Shown piece by piece: positions 1-12,666 of a stretch of 64,000 bases of DNA (position 1 is the stretch's first letter; every line of letters starts with the position of its first letter). The DNA lies in contig NC_133621.1 in NCBI RefSeq assembly GCF_048593235.1, positions 91,255,148-91,319,147 on the forward strand. Direction: 5' to 3'. The notes under the pieces are model-generated. The model saw nothing but the letters and a program-made list of their open reading frames with translations. It did not search any database and was not told the DNA's origin. The position numbers were made by a program, and so were the translations under genes. This stretch comes from Sminthopsis crassicaudata (Eukaryota).

Positions 1-55
1 AGTGGGAGGGAAGATAGAATCTGTTTCCAGGGCCTTAGGAACCTGGCTCTGGCTA

Positions 56-133
56 TGACGTCATTTCCAATTTCTGGGAAACTTCAGAGCAGCTCTTCCC
101 AATCAGTCCTGCTAGGAAAGGGAGCTATTAAAA
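56..133 (+). promoter_or_regulatory. Candidate RARRES2 proximal promoter: CRE palindrome, STAT/GAS site and TATA-like box
   Basis: TGACGTCA at 56-63, TTCTGGGAA (TTCN3GAA) at 72-80 and TATTAAAA at 126-133. A candidate non-coding exon 1 donor CAG|GTGAGG sits at 318/319, and the next exon's acceptor is at 958/959. Confidence 0.4.
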
Positions 134-1001
134 AGAGAAAGCTAGAAAGGAAAGAGAAAGAGAGGTTGCTAAAGAGCATCCAGGAACCCACATTATCACT
201 TTCCAAAAGGACTCGAAAGAAGTAGCTCTTTTTGCATACCCCCCCCTCCCCTTACTCCACATTTAGGCTTTGATGAATTCAGAACTGGGAGAGATCTTTA
301 ATCTAGGGAAGCAAACAGGTGAGGAGGGGTATCTTAGGATGGTGCTAAAAACACCAGCTGACAGCCCTGCCCCTCTCTATTTCCATACAAACTCTGTCTG
401 GTTCCCCAGCTATGGTTCAGTTGGTCCTAGGAACTGAGTAGCAAAGGACGTTGGAGAGCAATCACCCTTCCTCATTTTATTAATTAGGAATCTAAGATCC
501 TAGTAAAACAACTTGGCCAAGCCCACTCTAATGAGTTTGCCGAGTGAGCAATGCTGAATTTCAAATCCAAGTTCTCTGATTACAAATTCAGCAATGGGCT
601 ACATTAATTGCTCCTCATTTCATGAAAGATGTCCTAGTTTTTAATTTTATTCTGTGTTCACTTTTCTTTTCATTAGGTAGAGTATATTTGCCCCCCTACT
701 TTCCCACCTTCCCTGAGGATGTCCCCATCTAAGGTTATATCAATCTCTGCCTTCCATCCCCAGTCTATTACTTCTTCCCCATTGGAACCTGCTTCTTTCT
801 GCACAACTGAAGAATGACTAAGAGCAGACCAGCAGGGACTGGCAGGGAACTATGACATTGAGTTTGGGCGACACAGGAGAAGAAACAGGGCTGGAGGGAG
901 AATAGAGAATGTGGGATTTGGTGGGGGAATCTTGTATGGACAAAGTTTTATCTTGCAGGTGCCTGGCCTGGATCCAATTGACTGTGATGTGCAGAAAAGA
1001 A

Positions 1002-4000
1002 ATGAGGCAGTTGCTATTTCCCTTGGCCCTGTGGCTCAGTACCCTGGGGCCCACAGGAACCAGAGGAGATGAGCTCTCAGTGCCACAACAACGTGGCTTG
1101 CAGGTGGCTTTGGAGAAGTTCCACAATCATCCACCTGTGCAGTGGGCATTCAAGGAGATTGGTGTGGACAGAGCCAGTGACATGGTGAGTAGGGGGGATC
1201 CCTTTGATTGTAATGAGAAAATTCTTAAATTTGCTTTGGGAGGGGATACATTGTGGGATTTTATTCCACAGATGTAAATATTTCTCCAGCAGGCAAGTTT
1301 CTTATTGTTTTTGTTTTTATGTAAAGGCAGTTAATAGAATAACACAGTAAAAACAAGTCACAATAGAATATTACACTCCCCCCCCCCCATCTAAGAAACA
1401 CTATTTCACAAATACATAAAGAATTCATGGAAATAGTGAGCACACACATAGAGAAGTTATGGTCAGGTCACATGTGTGGAGGAACAACTCGTATTTATCA
1501 ATGACACCTTCTGGTAACAATACCTGATGCCCAACAAGAAAGTTTGAAAAAGATTTGGGAATTTATAAGCCTCCAGATACCAAGAAAATATTATAGGACC
1601 ACAGATGATGCAATTTAGTTCAATAGTTTCATTTCATAGATGAGAAAACCAAGGTCTATAGAGATAACCTCATGTTCAAGATCACAGAAAGTGGCAGAGC
1701 CAGGATTTGAACCCAAGATCTTCAGTTGCAAATCCAATACTTTCCATTGTGCCACACTGGGTATCATCTTCTCACAGCCATCTCACTTAAGGGAAAGCAA
1801 TGCACTATAGTTGGGCAGGCAGGTAGCATAGGAGAGTGAGTGCTGATATGGAATCAGGAAGACCCAAGTGCATAGCCAGCTACAGGTATTTCCTAGCTAT
1901 GTGAGCTTGGACAAGGCACTTAACCCTCTTTGCCCCTGAAAAATGAGTTGGAGAAGGAAATGGCAAACCATTTAAGTATCTTTGCTAAGAAAACCCTAAA
2001 AAGGGCCACAAGGAGTGATACATGCTTGGAAAACGACTGAACAACAATGGTGCAATATAGTAGCATTAAAAAAAAAAAAGAAAACCAGTAGAATGCAACC
2101 AACATTCATTAAACACCTCCTGTTTATGGAAACCTGTGCTAGGCAAGGAGTGGAGGGTGGTAAGATAATGCCTCTAACCCTAGAGAAGCCTACAAACCAC
2201 AAGATAAAGGAGGTGAACAGGTTCCAGGAATGGTAGGAGTTGGTTCACCTTTGTGTCTATCCTCAGTCATACCCTGGAGGGACATTTGTCCGACTGGAGT
2301 TTGGGCTCCAGCAGACCAGCTGCAGAAAGAAGGACTGGAGGAATGCTGAGTGCAAGGTCAAACCCAATGGGGTGAGTGAAGGTCAAATGTCCCCTCTGCT
2401 ATGTATATGTATTTGTGTGGTTTCAGGGACATAGATCTGAGTCTCTATGTACTTAAATATATACAAGGAAACACTTCTGTCTGTATGTAATGGGACAGAG
2501 GAATGTATGCGTTTGCATTTATAACTGATCCCTGTGTCATAATGTGTGTATATGTGATGAGATATTATTTTTGTATTTATAGACATAAGCCTTTGACTGC
2601 ATCATGTATATACAGTGGAACTTGTGTCTTTTTGTGTGTTTAGAAGTATAACAGGACATGCATTGCATGTATGTGTAATAGAGAAATGGGGAGGGGTTAT
2701 CTGTATAATAGAATACGTACCTCTTTTGTGTATATCAAAGAGATAGGGCATGGAAACCTGGCTTTTGTGTGTGTGACAGTGTGACTTGGGGGAGAGGAAG
2801 AAGAATAATAAGCCTCATCTTGGAAGGCAGTGACAACAGCCCCATAGTGGGAGTGGGGAGGGGTGGACAGGCAGCTTTCTGGAGGTTAAGCCAATTGCAA
2901 ATGAGTTGCTTCGATGGATGAGGGTAGGAATGAACTTAGTCTTCAAGAATAACAGTGAAGAAATATGATTGTTTATATAAGGAGCAATTTTGATGTAGTA
3001 TGGGACAGGTCCTGGGTGAAGCTTTGCTTTAAGGTCCCCAGAAAGAAAGATTGATTCTACCTACCACTTCTATGTTTCAAGACATTAGATAGACCAAAAG
3101 GACAGGATTTGGTTTCAGATCTCCCAAGACTACTGAATTCCCTAAGCTTCCTTGATCCTTAAAAATGAGGTACTCCTAATCTAGCCCCCTGAGTAAATCC
3201 AAGACAGAACTAGTATAGACCTAAATACCACAGCTTAACTAGAACTAATCAAGCTTAGGGGAAGTGAAAAGAATATAGGACCAGATATCTATAGACTTTA
3301 ATTCTAGGCCTAGCTCTGTAGTAACCATAACAAGTCACTTTATCTCTCTGGGTCTTAATAACCTTTGGACTTGTAAAATAGGGGGGTTGGATTACATTAT
3401 TTCTAAGATCCTAAAGCTGGAGGATGGAGGAGGTTATAGGCACTAACTAGCTTTAGTGTTCCACTTATACCAACCTGTCATGGATAATGCCAACATCCCC
3501 TTAATTTCTGGTGCCTGTTAGCCAAGAAATAAGCCCATTGTCCCCAGTGCTCTCCATCTCAGCACAGCTGATCCCATATGTCTTTTCCCACAATTCCAAC
3601 TTGCCATGTCCTCAGTGCATTCCATTCCCTGGCACTAGCTCATCTATTATAGCCAATGTGGCATAGGAGAAAGACTGCTGGATTGGCAGTCAAAGGACCT
3701 GGGTTTGACTTTTATCCTGGCCAGTTGCTACCTGAGTGACCTGACCTGGTCACTTCTTCTTTGGGTCTCAGTTGCTTCATCTGTAAAATAAAGAGGTGCC
3801 TCAAGATTCCTTCCAGCTCTAGCGCTACAATCCATGGACTGTTGTTTCTATGATTCCAGCGGAAGAGGAGCTGTTTGGCTTGCATCAAGTTTGATTCCAA
3901 GGACCGGGTCTTGAAGCAGATGATTCACTGCCCTATTGGGCCCCCATGGGGTCAAAGGGTAGGCCTTGATGTTGTATTTCTAGGGGGGAAGGAGGAAGGG

Positions 4001-4284
4001 AGAAAGAGAAAAGGGAACTGTAAAGCCTGAATTACCAGAAGGTACCTGGGTGAAAAGTGCAGAATTGGGTAGAATGGTGAGAGAAGAGGAGGAGGCAGGG
4101 GCAGAATAGGAGGAAGTGGTTTTCTATTTAACCCTGTGGTTGAGACCAAGCCTAAGTGTACCCACAGGATCCCGAGGGGCAGCAGGAAACCCAGTGCACT
4201 CAAGTGGAAAGAGCCGGTGAGGAAACGCACAGCTATTACTTTCCTGGAACATATGCCTTTTCTAGGAGTCACAACTCTGGCTAA
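1002..4284 (+). CDS. RARRES2: Chemerin (retinoic acid receptor responder 2), 167 aa; join(1002..1184,2267..2371,3860..3958,4168..4284)
   Basis: Signal peptide MRQLLFPLALWL; motifs RGLQVALEKFHNHPPVQWAF, GTFVRLEFGLQQTSCRKKDW and RKRSCLACIK; six Cys; C-terminus YFPGTYAFS. All introns are GT-AG, phase 0, and the exons total 504 nt. Confidence 0.97.
1820..2047 (+). mobile_element. Mar1-type CORE-SINE with RTE-like tail (RARRES2 intron)
   Basis: tRNA-like head, CORE region and the tail GGAGAAGGAAATGGCAAACCA...GACTGAACAACAA. A similar copy lies on the minus strand at ~33975-34200. Confidence 0.6.
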
Positions 4285-4514
4285 AGCCTAAGCAGGTAAA
4301 ACTTCCTTTGGGAGGCAAGAGGGAAAATGGCTGTATACTGGGCAGGGAGAGCCAGGGATAATGGGTTTAAGAATTGGGAATAAGGCTAGGATTTGGATCT
4401 AAGACTGAGAATGAAGTCAGAGTTAGGCATTGGGAAAGTCCATTAGAGGTGGCAATGGAGTTAAGAATATCTTTTTCATCTTTAACTCAAGAATTTCTCT
4501 TCTGTTCCCTCCAG

Positions 4515-4700
4515 GGTGCTACATTGATTTCATTGCCTTTGAAAATCAGTGAATAGTTCAAAGGCTCCCAACATCCCTCCTTATCCACCAGGGCAAGCAT
4601 TCCCTATCCCACCTCACCTGGGAAAAAAGGCCAGGTTCTGCTAACCCTGTGCACAGCACCTTTGCTCCTTGTTGTGTTAAATAAAACTTCTCGAAAATCT
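4515..4700 (+). other. RARRES2: RARRES2 terminal 3' UTR exon with polyadenylation signal (end approximate)
   Basis: Donor CAG|GTAAA at 4295/4296 just after the stop codon, a pyrimidine-rich acceptor ending at 4514, and AATAAA at 4680-4685. Confidence 0.7.
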
Positions 4701-5014
4701 CCGTGTTTACTTCCTTCCACCATGTCTTAGAAGTAAATGGGCATCATAAAAAAGGCATCAGAACTTAGACAAATGGCAGTGGCCCATTTCCAGTCTTTGG
4801 GACAGAGGATGAAACTTGCCTTTCTTTTCTCTATAGTGAGGTGGTGGCTTATCAGGGTGAGGGAGGGAAAATGTTGCATATGTTGTGAAATGACTTGTTT
4901 TATCAGCTGGTTTTGATGAATTGTCTTTCTTTGTTACAAGGGAGGATTCTCAAGGTGATCAGAATAGTATATATCAGGAAGTAATTGCACTTTTAAAAGT
5001 TGAGGTCACAGACC

Positions 5015-6277
5015 TGTGTCATGAGGTATCTCCAAAAAATTTGCAGACTTGAACCCATTTCTAAGTTAAGATGCAAAATTTATTGTAATTGTAATGCCAA
5101 TTGAAGAGATCTAAATTCCAAGAGAATTTAGCAAAGAAACAGGAGACACATTTATCTAGTTCTTCATGTTATAAATACGCTAATTTTATAGCCTAGGGGT
5201 AGAACCAAGGAGTGGTCTCTAGAATTTGGTTATCACTGACCAACAGACAGTAATGTTTGTAGGACTATTCTAAAGCCAGAAGACTTGAAATCATTGGCAA
5301 ATTGTTAGAACAATAGTCTCAGGATTACTAATATTGAAGAAGTGACCTGAAACTCTAAAAATCCTTGAAGGAGAAAATCTCCCTTAACTCTGCCTCAGTG
5401 AGGGACCCTGCCCTGAGAGAAAGCAAACAAGACAGTTTCATTCTGTTATCTAGGTGGGGTCGATTCATTCCTGAAACTCATTGAATTCTATTCAAATTCC
5501 AGCCCAAGCTGAAACCCAGCTTGTAGAACTCCACCCACAAGCCCCCTTCAGCTTTTAGCCAAAGTTCCTATTATAAAAGAGCCAACCTAAAATCCTCTCT
5601 TTGCAGAGGTTCCAAACATGCCATGCTGTGTCATGCTAGGCTATACCATGCTATAACCAAGGAAACCTCTGCCCGCTGGAATAATATTTTCCAGTGTTAT
5701 CCTCTCTTTATTCTCACCTATTTCCCTAACCAGACTTTATGCCTCTCTGTCAGGATTTTTAACCTTACTTCCCAATCCCTATAATTAAACCTTTTATCAA
5801 TCTAGGTTTTCGGGTCTGTAAATTCCTTTACAGAGAATCTCTGCACCACCAAAAGGGAGTTTCCCCAAACTCTCTACCTTTGTGCCAAATCCCAAGGGGG
5901 TGCAGGAGAGCCAAACCTCTCCATTTGGTTCCTTGAACCCTGAACCTGCCACCAGACCTTATCATTTAACTCTCTGACCACCAGCAACCCTAATCTCATT
6001 TTGGTTCCCTAAATCTAGACCTTATCATTTGGTTCCCTACTAAAGGGAACCCCAAAACCTAAATCTCATCAATATATCTTCCCTAAAGTCTAAGAGAAGA
6101 AATATTATTATATTCCTAGTCCAGAGGACTTTTATAATTATTGACAGAACTCTTAGGTCAGAGGGCCTCAGGATTACAAAGCCAAAAGATTTAGAATCAC
6201 TGACTTGTTAGAACAGGAGGCCCCTAAGGTTAGGGGACCTTAAAATTATTGCTGTCTCCCCTAGAAGCTCTATTACA
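5015..6277 (-). mobile_element. Older LTR-like element interrupted by a younger solo LTR (boundaries approximate)
   Basis: Begins TGTAATAGAG on the minus strand at 6277. Related sub-repeats (TTGTTAGAACA, CTCAGGATTAC) lie on both sides of the inner LTR. Confidence 0.45.
5335..6071 (+). mobile_element. ERV1-type solo LTR
   Basis: TG...CA termini, 4-bp target-site duplication ATAT (5331-5334 and 6072-6075), TATAAAAGAGCC box, and strong similarity to the LTRs at 31.5 kb and 62.7-63.3 kb. Confidence 0.8.
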
Positions 6278-6621
6278 TCAGTATTAATGTTCCAATAAGG
6301 GGAGAAGAAACCAGTGTTCCTTCAGAACATTAATGTCTTCAAAGGATGCTGAGCAAATTAAATAAGAAATCCAAAGGTCCTGGGAGAAGAGCTAGTTCTA
6401 CTTTGAAGGTTTGAAAAGGGAAGAGAAGGGAATGAGTATTTATTTAGAGTCTACTATGTGCCACATTCAGTGCTAACAGCTTTGAAAATATTAAGGAGAG
6501 GAGCAAGAAGGAGAGGTGTGGAATTTTGTATTTTTCATAATTGGGGTGTGTGAGAAGAAAAGTATGCAAATGTTGAGGAAGGGATGAAAGGAGCAAGTAT
6601 TCAGGAGGATGAACCTTATTC

Positions 6622-6789
6622 ATCAATTATTATTATTATTATTATTATTTTTTTTTTTTCTGAGGCTGGGGTTAAGTGACTTGCCCAGGGTTACACAGCT
6701 AGGAAGTGTTAAGTGAGATCTGATTTGAACTCAGGTCCTCCTGAATTCAGGGCTGGTGCTCTATCCACTGAGCCACCTAGCTGCCCCTA
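6622..6789 (-). mobile_element. WSINE1-type tRNA-derived SINE
   Basis: Minus strand starts GGGGCAGCTAGGTGGCTCAGTGGATAGAGCACC, with an A-rich tail and a 14-bp TSD GATGAACCTTATTC (6608-6621 and 6790-6803). Further copies at ~35397-35529, ~47660-47823 and ~55925-56068. Confidence 0.85.
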
Positions 6790-6929
6790 GATGAACCTTA
6801 TTCTTAATTGGAAATAGACAAAAGAGGGCTAAATAAACACAGGGTTTGGCATAGAAATATACCAAATTCAACTGCAAAACAAATAGGGATGATTCAAAAA
6901 GGATAATATAAGTGAAAGAATAGCTGCAG

Positions 6930-7560
6930 GCAAAACTAATCTGATCCTTGAAGAAATAGTATATGGGTAAATGCTCTAGGAAAAAAATGTTTATGGAAAC
7001 TTTTTTCTGGTTATACATGTACAATCATTGCTTTTACACATTTTCTTATGAATCATGTTGGGAGAGGAAAATAAAAAAAAAAAAGGAAAAATCTGTAGAG
7101 AGAAAGAAAAAAAAAGGGAAAACAAAAATGAACATAGCATGTGTTGATTTATATTCAACCTCCATAATAAAGAACATTTTCAAATTTAGTCTGCATTATT
7201 AAAACATTTTCTCCATTACTTTGTTAAGTCTAGAAAATCAATAAAACACCATGGAAATATGTTGAAAAGGTTTGTACATATTTATATTGGATTGCTTGGG
7301 GAATGGGGAAGGAGGGAGAAAACTTTGGCATACAAAAATGAATGTCTTACAAAAAAAGGAATATTGAAAATTATCTTTACATATATTTGAAAAAAATAAA
7401 ATACTATTGAGGGATAAAAAAAGAGAATCAACAAAACAACCAAGGCCTACATGAAATGGAATATCGTACTCAATCAACTTTTCTGTTTTCTGCTTTGTAT
7501 ATGGAGGTACTGTTTTGAGTGTTCAACATAAAGATACTTTTAAAAAATAAAATCTCCCAA
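6930..7560 (+). mobile_element. L1 3' UTR fragments
   Basis: Typical marsupial L1 3' end text (GGGAAGGAGGGAGAAAACTTTGG, AAAATGAATGT) followed by A-rich tails. Confidence 0.55.
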
Positions 7561-7879
7561 ATAAAAAGTAAATTAAAAATAATTACAACTTTTCAAAAGT
7601 TCATTTCATATCCTTGGAAGTCTTCTAAACAGAATCTGGATAGTAAGTTTTTTAAGAAGACTTAAGAGATCTCCATTCAGATACTGAATAGACATTTCTT
7701 TCCTATTCTTTTTTTCCCTTTCCTTCTCTTTGCTCACATAGAATTATCCACATACCCTTATCTGCAGGTATTCTGTCCAAAGAAATATAAATCTTTATTT
7801 TCAAAAAAAAATTTTTTTTTTGTTTTTAGGAATGTAAATTGCTGAAATCTCTAAATATATCTTGGGTTCTATGGGCTAG

Positions 7880-8380
7880 CTTTCTGAAGGGCAATGCCTT
7901 AAACCCAAAATCACTCTGGCTCTCACTTATTGGCCAACAGTAGGGGACCAGGCCAAAGTCCTCCTTGGTCATTTTTGGGGCCTCACTTGTTTCTGTTTTG
8001 GCCAGAAACCCTGAGGGTCTTCCCCTACCAGATTGATTTTTTTTTCTTTTGAGTAGGTAAAAGAGGTTATTCTCTGCCTCATTTCTTATCTAGCCTTAAT
8101 TGCTTACTAGGTATTCCCTCAGTCCAATTTGAGACCTGCTAAAAAAATCTTAGCTTAAATTAAGGTCAAGGAGCTTAAATTAAGGCCAAGGTTTCCCACT
8201 ATATCCGGGTTCATCACTAGTCTTCCTGATCTGTATCTGGCCACTGGACTCAGATGGCTCCAGGGGAGAAAGTGAGGCTGGTAACCTTGCAGAGCCCTCC
8301 TTCACTTCAATTAATTTGCATGTCATGGCATCACCTCCCTGATGTTATGGTCCACTTCAAGAAGGACAAACAAGAACAGA
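7880..8380 (+). mobile_element. RTE-related SINE (WALLSI/RTESINE type)
   Basis: Recognisable body (GGCCAGAAACCCTGAGGGTCTTCCCCT...) ending in GAAGGACAAACAAGAAC. The family assignment is from memory. Confidence 0.5.
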
Positions 8381-9279
8381 TTGGACTAGATGTGCTCTGA
8401 GATCCCTTCTGGTTCTGAGGGTCTGTCATTCAACTTGTAAATCAACAGACATTTCCTGGGTTTGTATTACATATTCAATCTGTTGGGATGATGAATCAAG
8501 TCAGTTCCCTTTAGAAGTGAAACAAGGCAGAACTATACAAAACAGTAGATAATTATACTCTCTGCTCTGCAGGTTGTCTACTATAAAATTTAGGAGAATT
8601 TTAGAGAAGAGAGGGTGACCAATGAGGGACTATGCTGGTCTCTGAAGATTTCATGGAAGTGTGACTTAAACTGGGCTTTAAAGGATGCATAGACTTTGGA
8701 TAGGCAATTCTGAGAAAATCTTAGAAACTTAGAAGTCTTTCCCCTCCATCCCCACGTTCAGTTCTCTTTGTCCCAAGATGTATCATCTTCTGTCTCAGTA
8801 TCTTAAGAAGGTATGGCCAATTTCCTCCACACCCTCAAGTCTGGTAGGCAGGCAAGCATCAGATAGGTATAAGATACCAAGAAGACAGAGAAACTTCTTA
8901 CTAGCATAGTATATTTTATTTTTTCAAGAAGCCTTTACATATCCCCACTGGGGGTTAGAGAATCAATTTAGGTAAAAGCACCTGCTCTCTTGGTATCAAT
9001 CTTGTGAGAGTGGGGGTGGAGGTAGGCACAACATACTCTGGAAGAGGTCTGGAATGTTTGGTTTCTCTATGAGTACATACAGATAGAAAGAAGGAAGAGG
9101 GTTCAAACTATCTCCACAAGAATGAGACTCTAGATTTACTTTTCCATGAGAATATGTAGGAAACATAATAAGGGAGACAAAACTAATTGGATACAATTTG
9201 TGGGGTCAATAATGATTGTGATTCTTCAAAGCCTGGTGCCCTGGGGAACTTCCCTCTCAACACTGGGTATTGGCTGGGC

Positions 9280-10059
9280 TTAGAAGACAAAGGAAGTTGT
9301 GTCTCCCCTGGCAGGTCTAAGAGCTTCTTCCGCCTGGGCTAGAGTATCATCAGCCTTCTGGCTTAGCTCTTTGCATTCTTGTACTGTGTCCTGGAACTGG
9401 CGACACGCTTCTTCCAGAATGGAGTTGCCCTGGTCCTTGGGTGGCTTCCAGTAGCTGGGCTCTACCCAGGGCTTAGCCTCAAAGGGAGGGACCGGCCCCG
9501 GGCTCCGATGCAAGCATTTGTCAAGGTCCCGGCACAGCTGGTAGAATTCACTTCCCTGACCTGACACTCGCTCCCCATCAATGACTTTTAGGCCAGGCAA
9601 CAGCTCCCACACCGCAGCCCTGTAAGAAGGACTCTTACAGAGTGGGTTGCTAAGCCGTGCCAAGGAGTCCTGAAGCCTCAGATGTTCCAGGCGCTGAAGT
9701 CCTGCCAGACACTTCAGTTGGCCCACCCCAGCCAGCAAGTTACCAGCTACATTGAGACTCTGCAGGTTCTCACAAGAGGCCAGTGGTTCTAGTCCTGTCA
9801 AACGGTTGGAGGAGACGTTGAGTACAGCTAGCTGCCGGAGAGAGGATAGGGGTCCCAGGTGGGTGAGGGTGTTACCAGACAAGTCCAGCCACTCCAGTCC
9901 CAAACATTCTCCTAAGCAGCCCAAGTCCACCAGCCCTAAATCACAAAGTTTCAACAGCAAAATGGATTCCAAGGAAAATTCACCTGACCAGGCTTTAAGC
10001 ATTTGGGCTGTAAGACGTACCCTATCACCCTCTCCTGCTCTCTCCCCATGGGACTCCAT
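9280..10059 (-). CDS. LRRC61: Leucine-rich repeat-containing protein 61, 259 aa, single coding exon
   Basis: GEFSLESILLLKL...CLGECLGLEWLDLSGN, LPGLKVIDGERV and a TSFVF C-terminus match LRRC61. The ATG at 10059 gives the canonical length. A minus-strand AATAAA lies at 8915-8920. Confidence 0.96.
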   Translation of the reverse strand: MESHGERAGEGDRVRLTAQMLKAWSGEFSLESILLLKLCDLGLVDLGCLGECLGLEWLDLSGNTLTHLGPLSSLRQLAVLNVSSNRLTGLEPLASCENLQSLNVAGNLLAGVGQLKCLAGLQRLEHLRLQDSLARLSNPLCKSPSYRAAVWELLPGLKVIDGERVSGQGSEFYQLCRDLDKCLHRSPGPVPPFEAKPWVEPSYWKPPKDQGNSILEEACRQFQDTVQECKELSQKADDTLAQAEEALRPARGDTTSFVF

Positions 10060-11855
10060 GATAGCTAGGTGGCAATGGTTGGAAGCCAAAAAAGACTTCA
10101 ATAGGCTGGAGTCTGGTTATTTAGAGACAGTTGGGGTGAACTGGGAAAAGTATTAGTTGGTGGAGATCTGTCTTCATCCAAGGGTCAGTTCAGGTATTCC
10201 ATCATGATGTACACTGTCCCTTGCATCAATAATCACCTTGATGTAGGCCAAGTCCCACTTGATCTGTTTCAGGGTCCCTGAGATAAGAAGACAATCAACA
10301 TGTTACTGAACACCTACTACAGAAGTAACTTAATGTGACAGAAAGACCAACAGAAGATGTAGTTTTAAAATGTAACTCTGATGCTTGCGGTATGATTTTT
10401 AATAAACCACATCCTCTCTCTAGGCTTCAGTTCTTATCTGCAAAATGGAAAACATCTCCATTATGTACCTCACAGAATTATTATATGTTGTTTAGGCTCT
10501 AAGCACTATACATGACTTTAGAAATTGGAGAGATCTGTGTGGGTTGAAATAGCCCTTTCTTCAGAAGTTATGTTGACTTTGGGAGCAGGGGTGTATATCT
10601 GAGGAAGGATATTTCAAGCTGGGAATAGGAAAAAAAACAAAAAAACAAAAACAAACCCAGTGTAAGCTAACAGCAAGAGGAAAGAATGAGTCATGGGTGG
10701 AGAGAAGAAATAGCAAAGAGCCTGACCTGGATGGAGGGAAGGATTTGCACTAAGGAAAAAGGGTTGGAAAAATTAAAATACCTCTGCTAAAAGACACACT
10801 CCAAGCTGTTCCTTCAATGCTCCCTTATGGCCCACATTCTCTGCATAGTTGGACTAGTTTCAGTCTAAGATACTCAAGCTGGGTCCAAACCCAAGAGTCC
10901 TGGGCTCAGCACAGAATCCTTAATCCTGGTGGCTTCATTAATCTTGATAAATTAGATGTGCCCCAAAGGCCTGTAAAGGAATCAGGAGTGGCTTTTGAGT
11001 GGAGGGGAGGAGCCACTCACCCCAGGAATTTTAGAATCTGTGATTTCAAATGTGGCCACTTCCCAAGATATGCTGCTATTAATTACAACAGTTACCACCT
11101 TGTGAGCCATACCTAATCTCCATGGAAACCAGGCCTTCTGCCAAGGCAACCAGATCCTCCCATACATTTAAAGGGCTAGATTCATACCCAAGTAGCAGTG
11201 CAATAGGGAAGACCAAAATCCATCTCTGAGGCAAAAAGCTGGAAGGCATGTTCATGAATATTTCTATAATTATTTTTCCTTCCCTGCTAGTACCATTGAC
11301 CTTGGCAAACACCCTCACATTATGAGATTTTCAGCAAGATTCTGTTAGCTGACCTATTCCCCTTACCTAAAACATCTACCCCATAACAACACAACTCACA
11401 GTAAACACATAACCTCTCTCTTCTGCACATAACTATTCCTCTCTCCATTTCTACATCTAGTCTAAACAAACATTTATTAAGTCACACCAGTGCTGCCCTC
11501 TTTCTAAAGGGTCATCTCTTCTATGAAGTCTTCTCAGACGCCTAAATGCAATTTAATATTATTCATCAACACTGTGAGGAAAAAGTCAGTTACACTTTAA
11601 AAGAAGGTTAAAACGTAAAATAAGTGATTTATTTTAACTAAAGACACAAGCCATTGGAATCCACTTTTACCACTTTTCAATTTTTACCTCACTCTCTATT
11701 CATTTTTAGATTACTCATGCTATTGCATATACCATGCACCCTGGAAGGGATTTGAGAGGTCATCTAGATCAGTCTTTCATGATGAGGAAGCTGAGGCACA
11801 GGGAAATGAAGTGATGCATTCAAGATAATACATCAAGTTAGTGGCAGGGGCATAC

Positions 11856-11906
11856 CTGCCAAAAGCCCAGGTCTACCACTTCGGGTTCTACCTGTTGTGA
11901 TGGTTC
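11856..11906 (-). other. 51-nt exon, probably part of the LRRC61 5' leader
   Basis: Strong acceptor (T12)CCAG at 11907 and donor CAG|GTATG at 11855. A downstream acceptor CTTCTTATCTCAG sits at 10278. Confidence 0.55.
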
Positions 11907-12666
11907 CTGGAAAAAAAAAAAAGATGCTTCTCAGGAGGGTTTAATTGAGATATTTCAAGTCTGGTTGAAATAAGGAAATTTCATTATTATCTTTAGGCCA
12001 AAGTTGAATTAAATTTGAACCTAAGTAACTCCATCTTGCTTTTAAGTAACTATAAACAGCTACAATTTACTGAGGAAGTACAAATGCAGAACAATGTTAC
12101 ACTCCATGTAACAATCCCTCACTCCATGTGAGATAGACTAAGTTTTTTCCTTAAAAGGTATCGAGACCATCTTTAAGTTTTGGTTGGCTCAGGCTGTTGA
12201 CATCACTGAATGATCAACTAAACACAAATTCGAAGGCACTCTAGGAGCATTCTAATGCTTTACTCGTACATCAAGATCAAGTCTAAAACAAGAATTTCAT
12301 TCCTCTGAATCAACAAATTGTTAAATATCTTTCTTTGCTATAAACAAATCTATTTATTAACTTGCTGAATGAGCAATAAAATATGATTTTGCTCCAAATT
12401 TAAATCTAAACTACTGGGATGATCCCAAGTCAGACCTTTTCCAGAACAAATTGCATTGATGAAATATCTTGAACTTTTTATCTTTCAGTAATTCTCTAAA
12501 CAAAGTATCACCTAAACAATGTATCACAAGACAGATGTCTTATGAGCGGAGGTTGTTGCTACTATATATCATTTATATATTTAAAAAAATTATTTCTTCA
12601 CTGAATTTGTTTTTCCTGTATTCTCATATATACTTGTACCTTCTTAGTGAAGCCTATCAAAATAAA

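Noticed and set aside
818-1277. ORFs 909..1277 (+) and 818..1126 (-) as whole genes
   Set aside because: Only 1002-1184 is the RARRES2 exon. The rest is intron read-through or antisense.
10060-10101. 14-residue N-terminal extension of LRRC61 in the ORF track
   Set aside because: It starts at a non-ATG codon. The ATG at 10059 gives the canonical 259 aa.
9379-10156. Plus-strand ORFs 9379..9564 and 9752..10156
   Set aside because: These are antisense shadows of the LRRC61 CDS.
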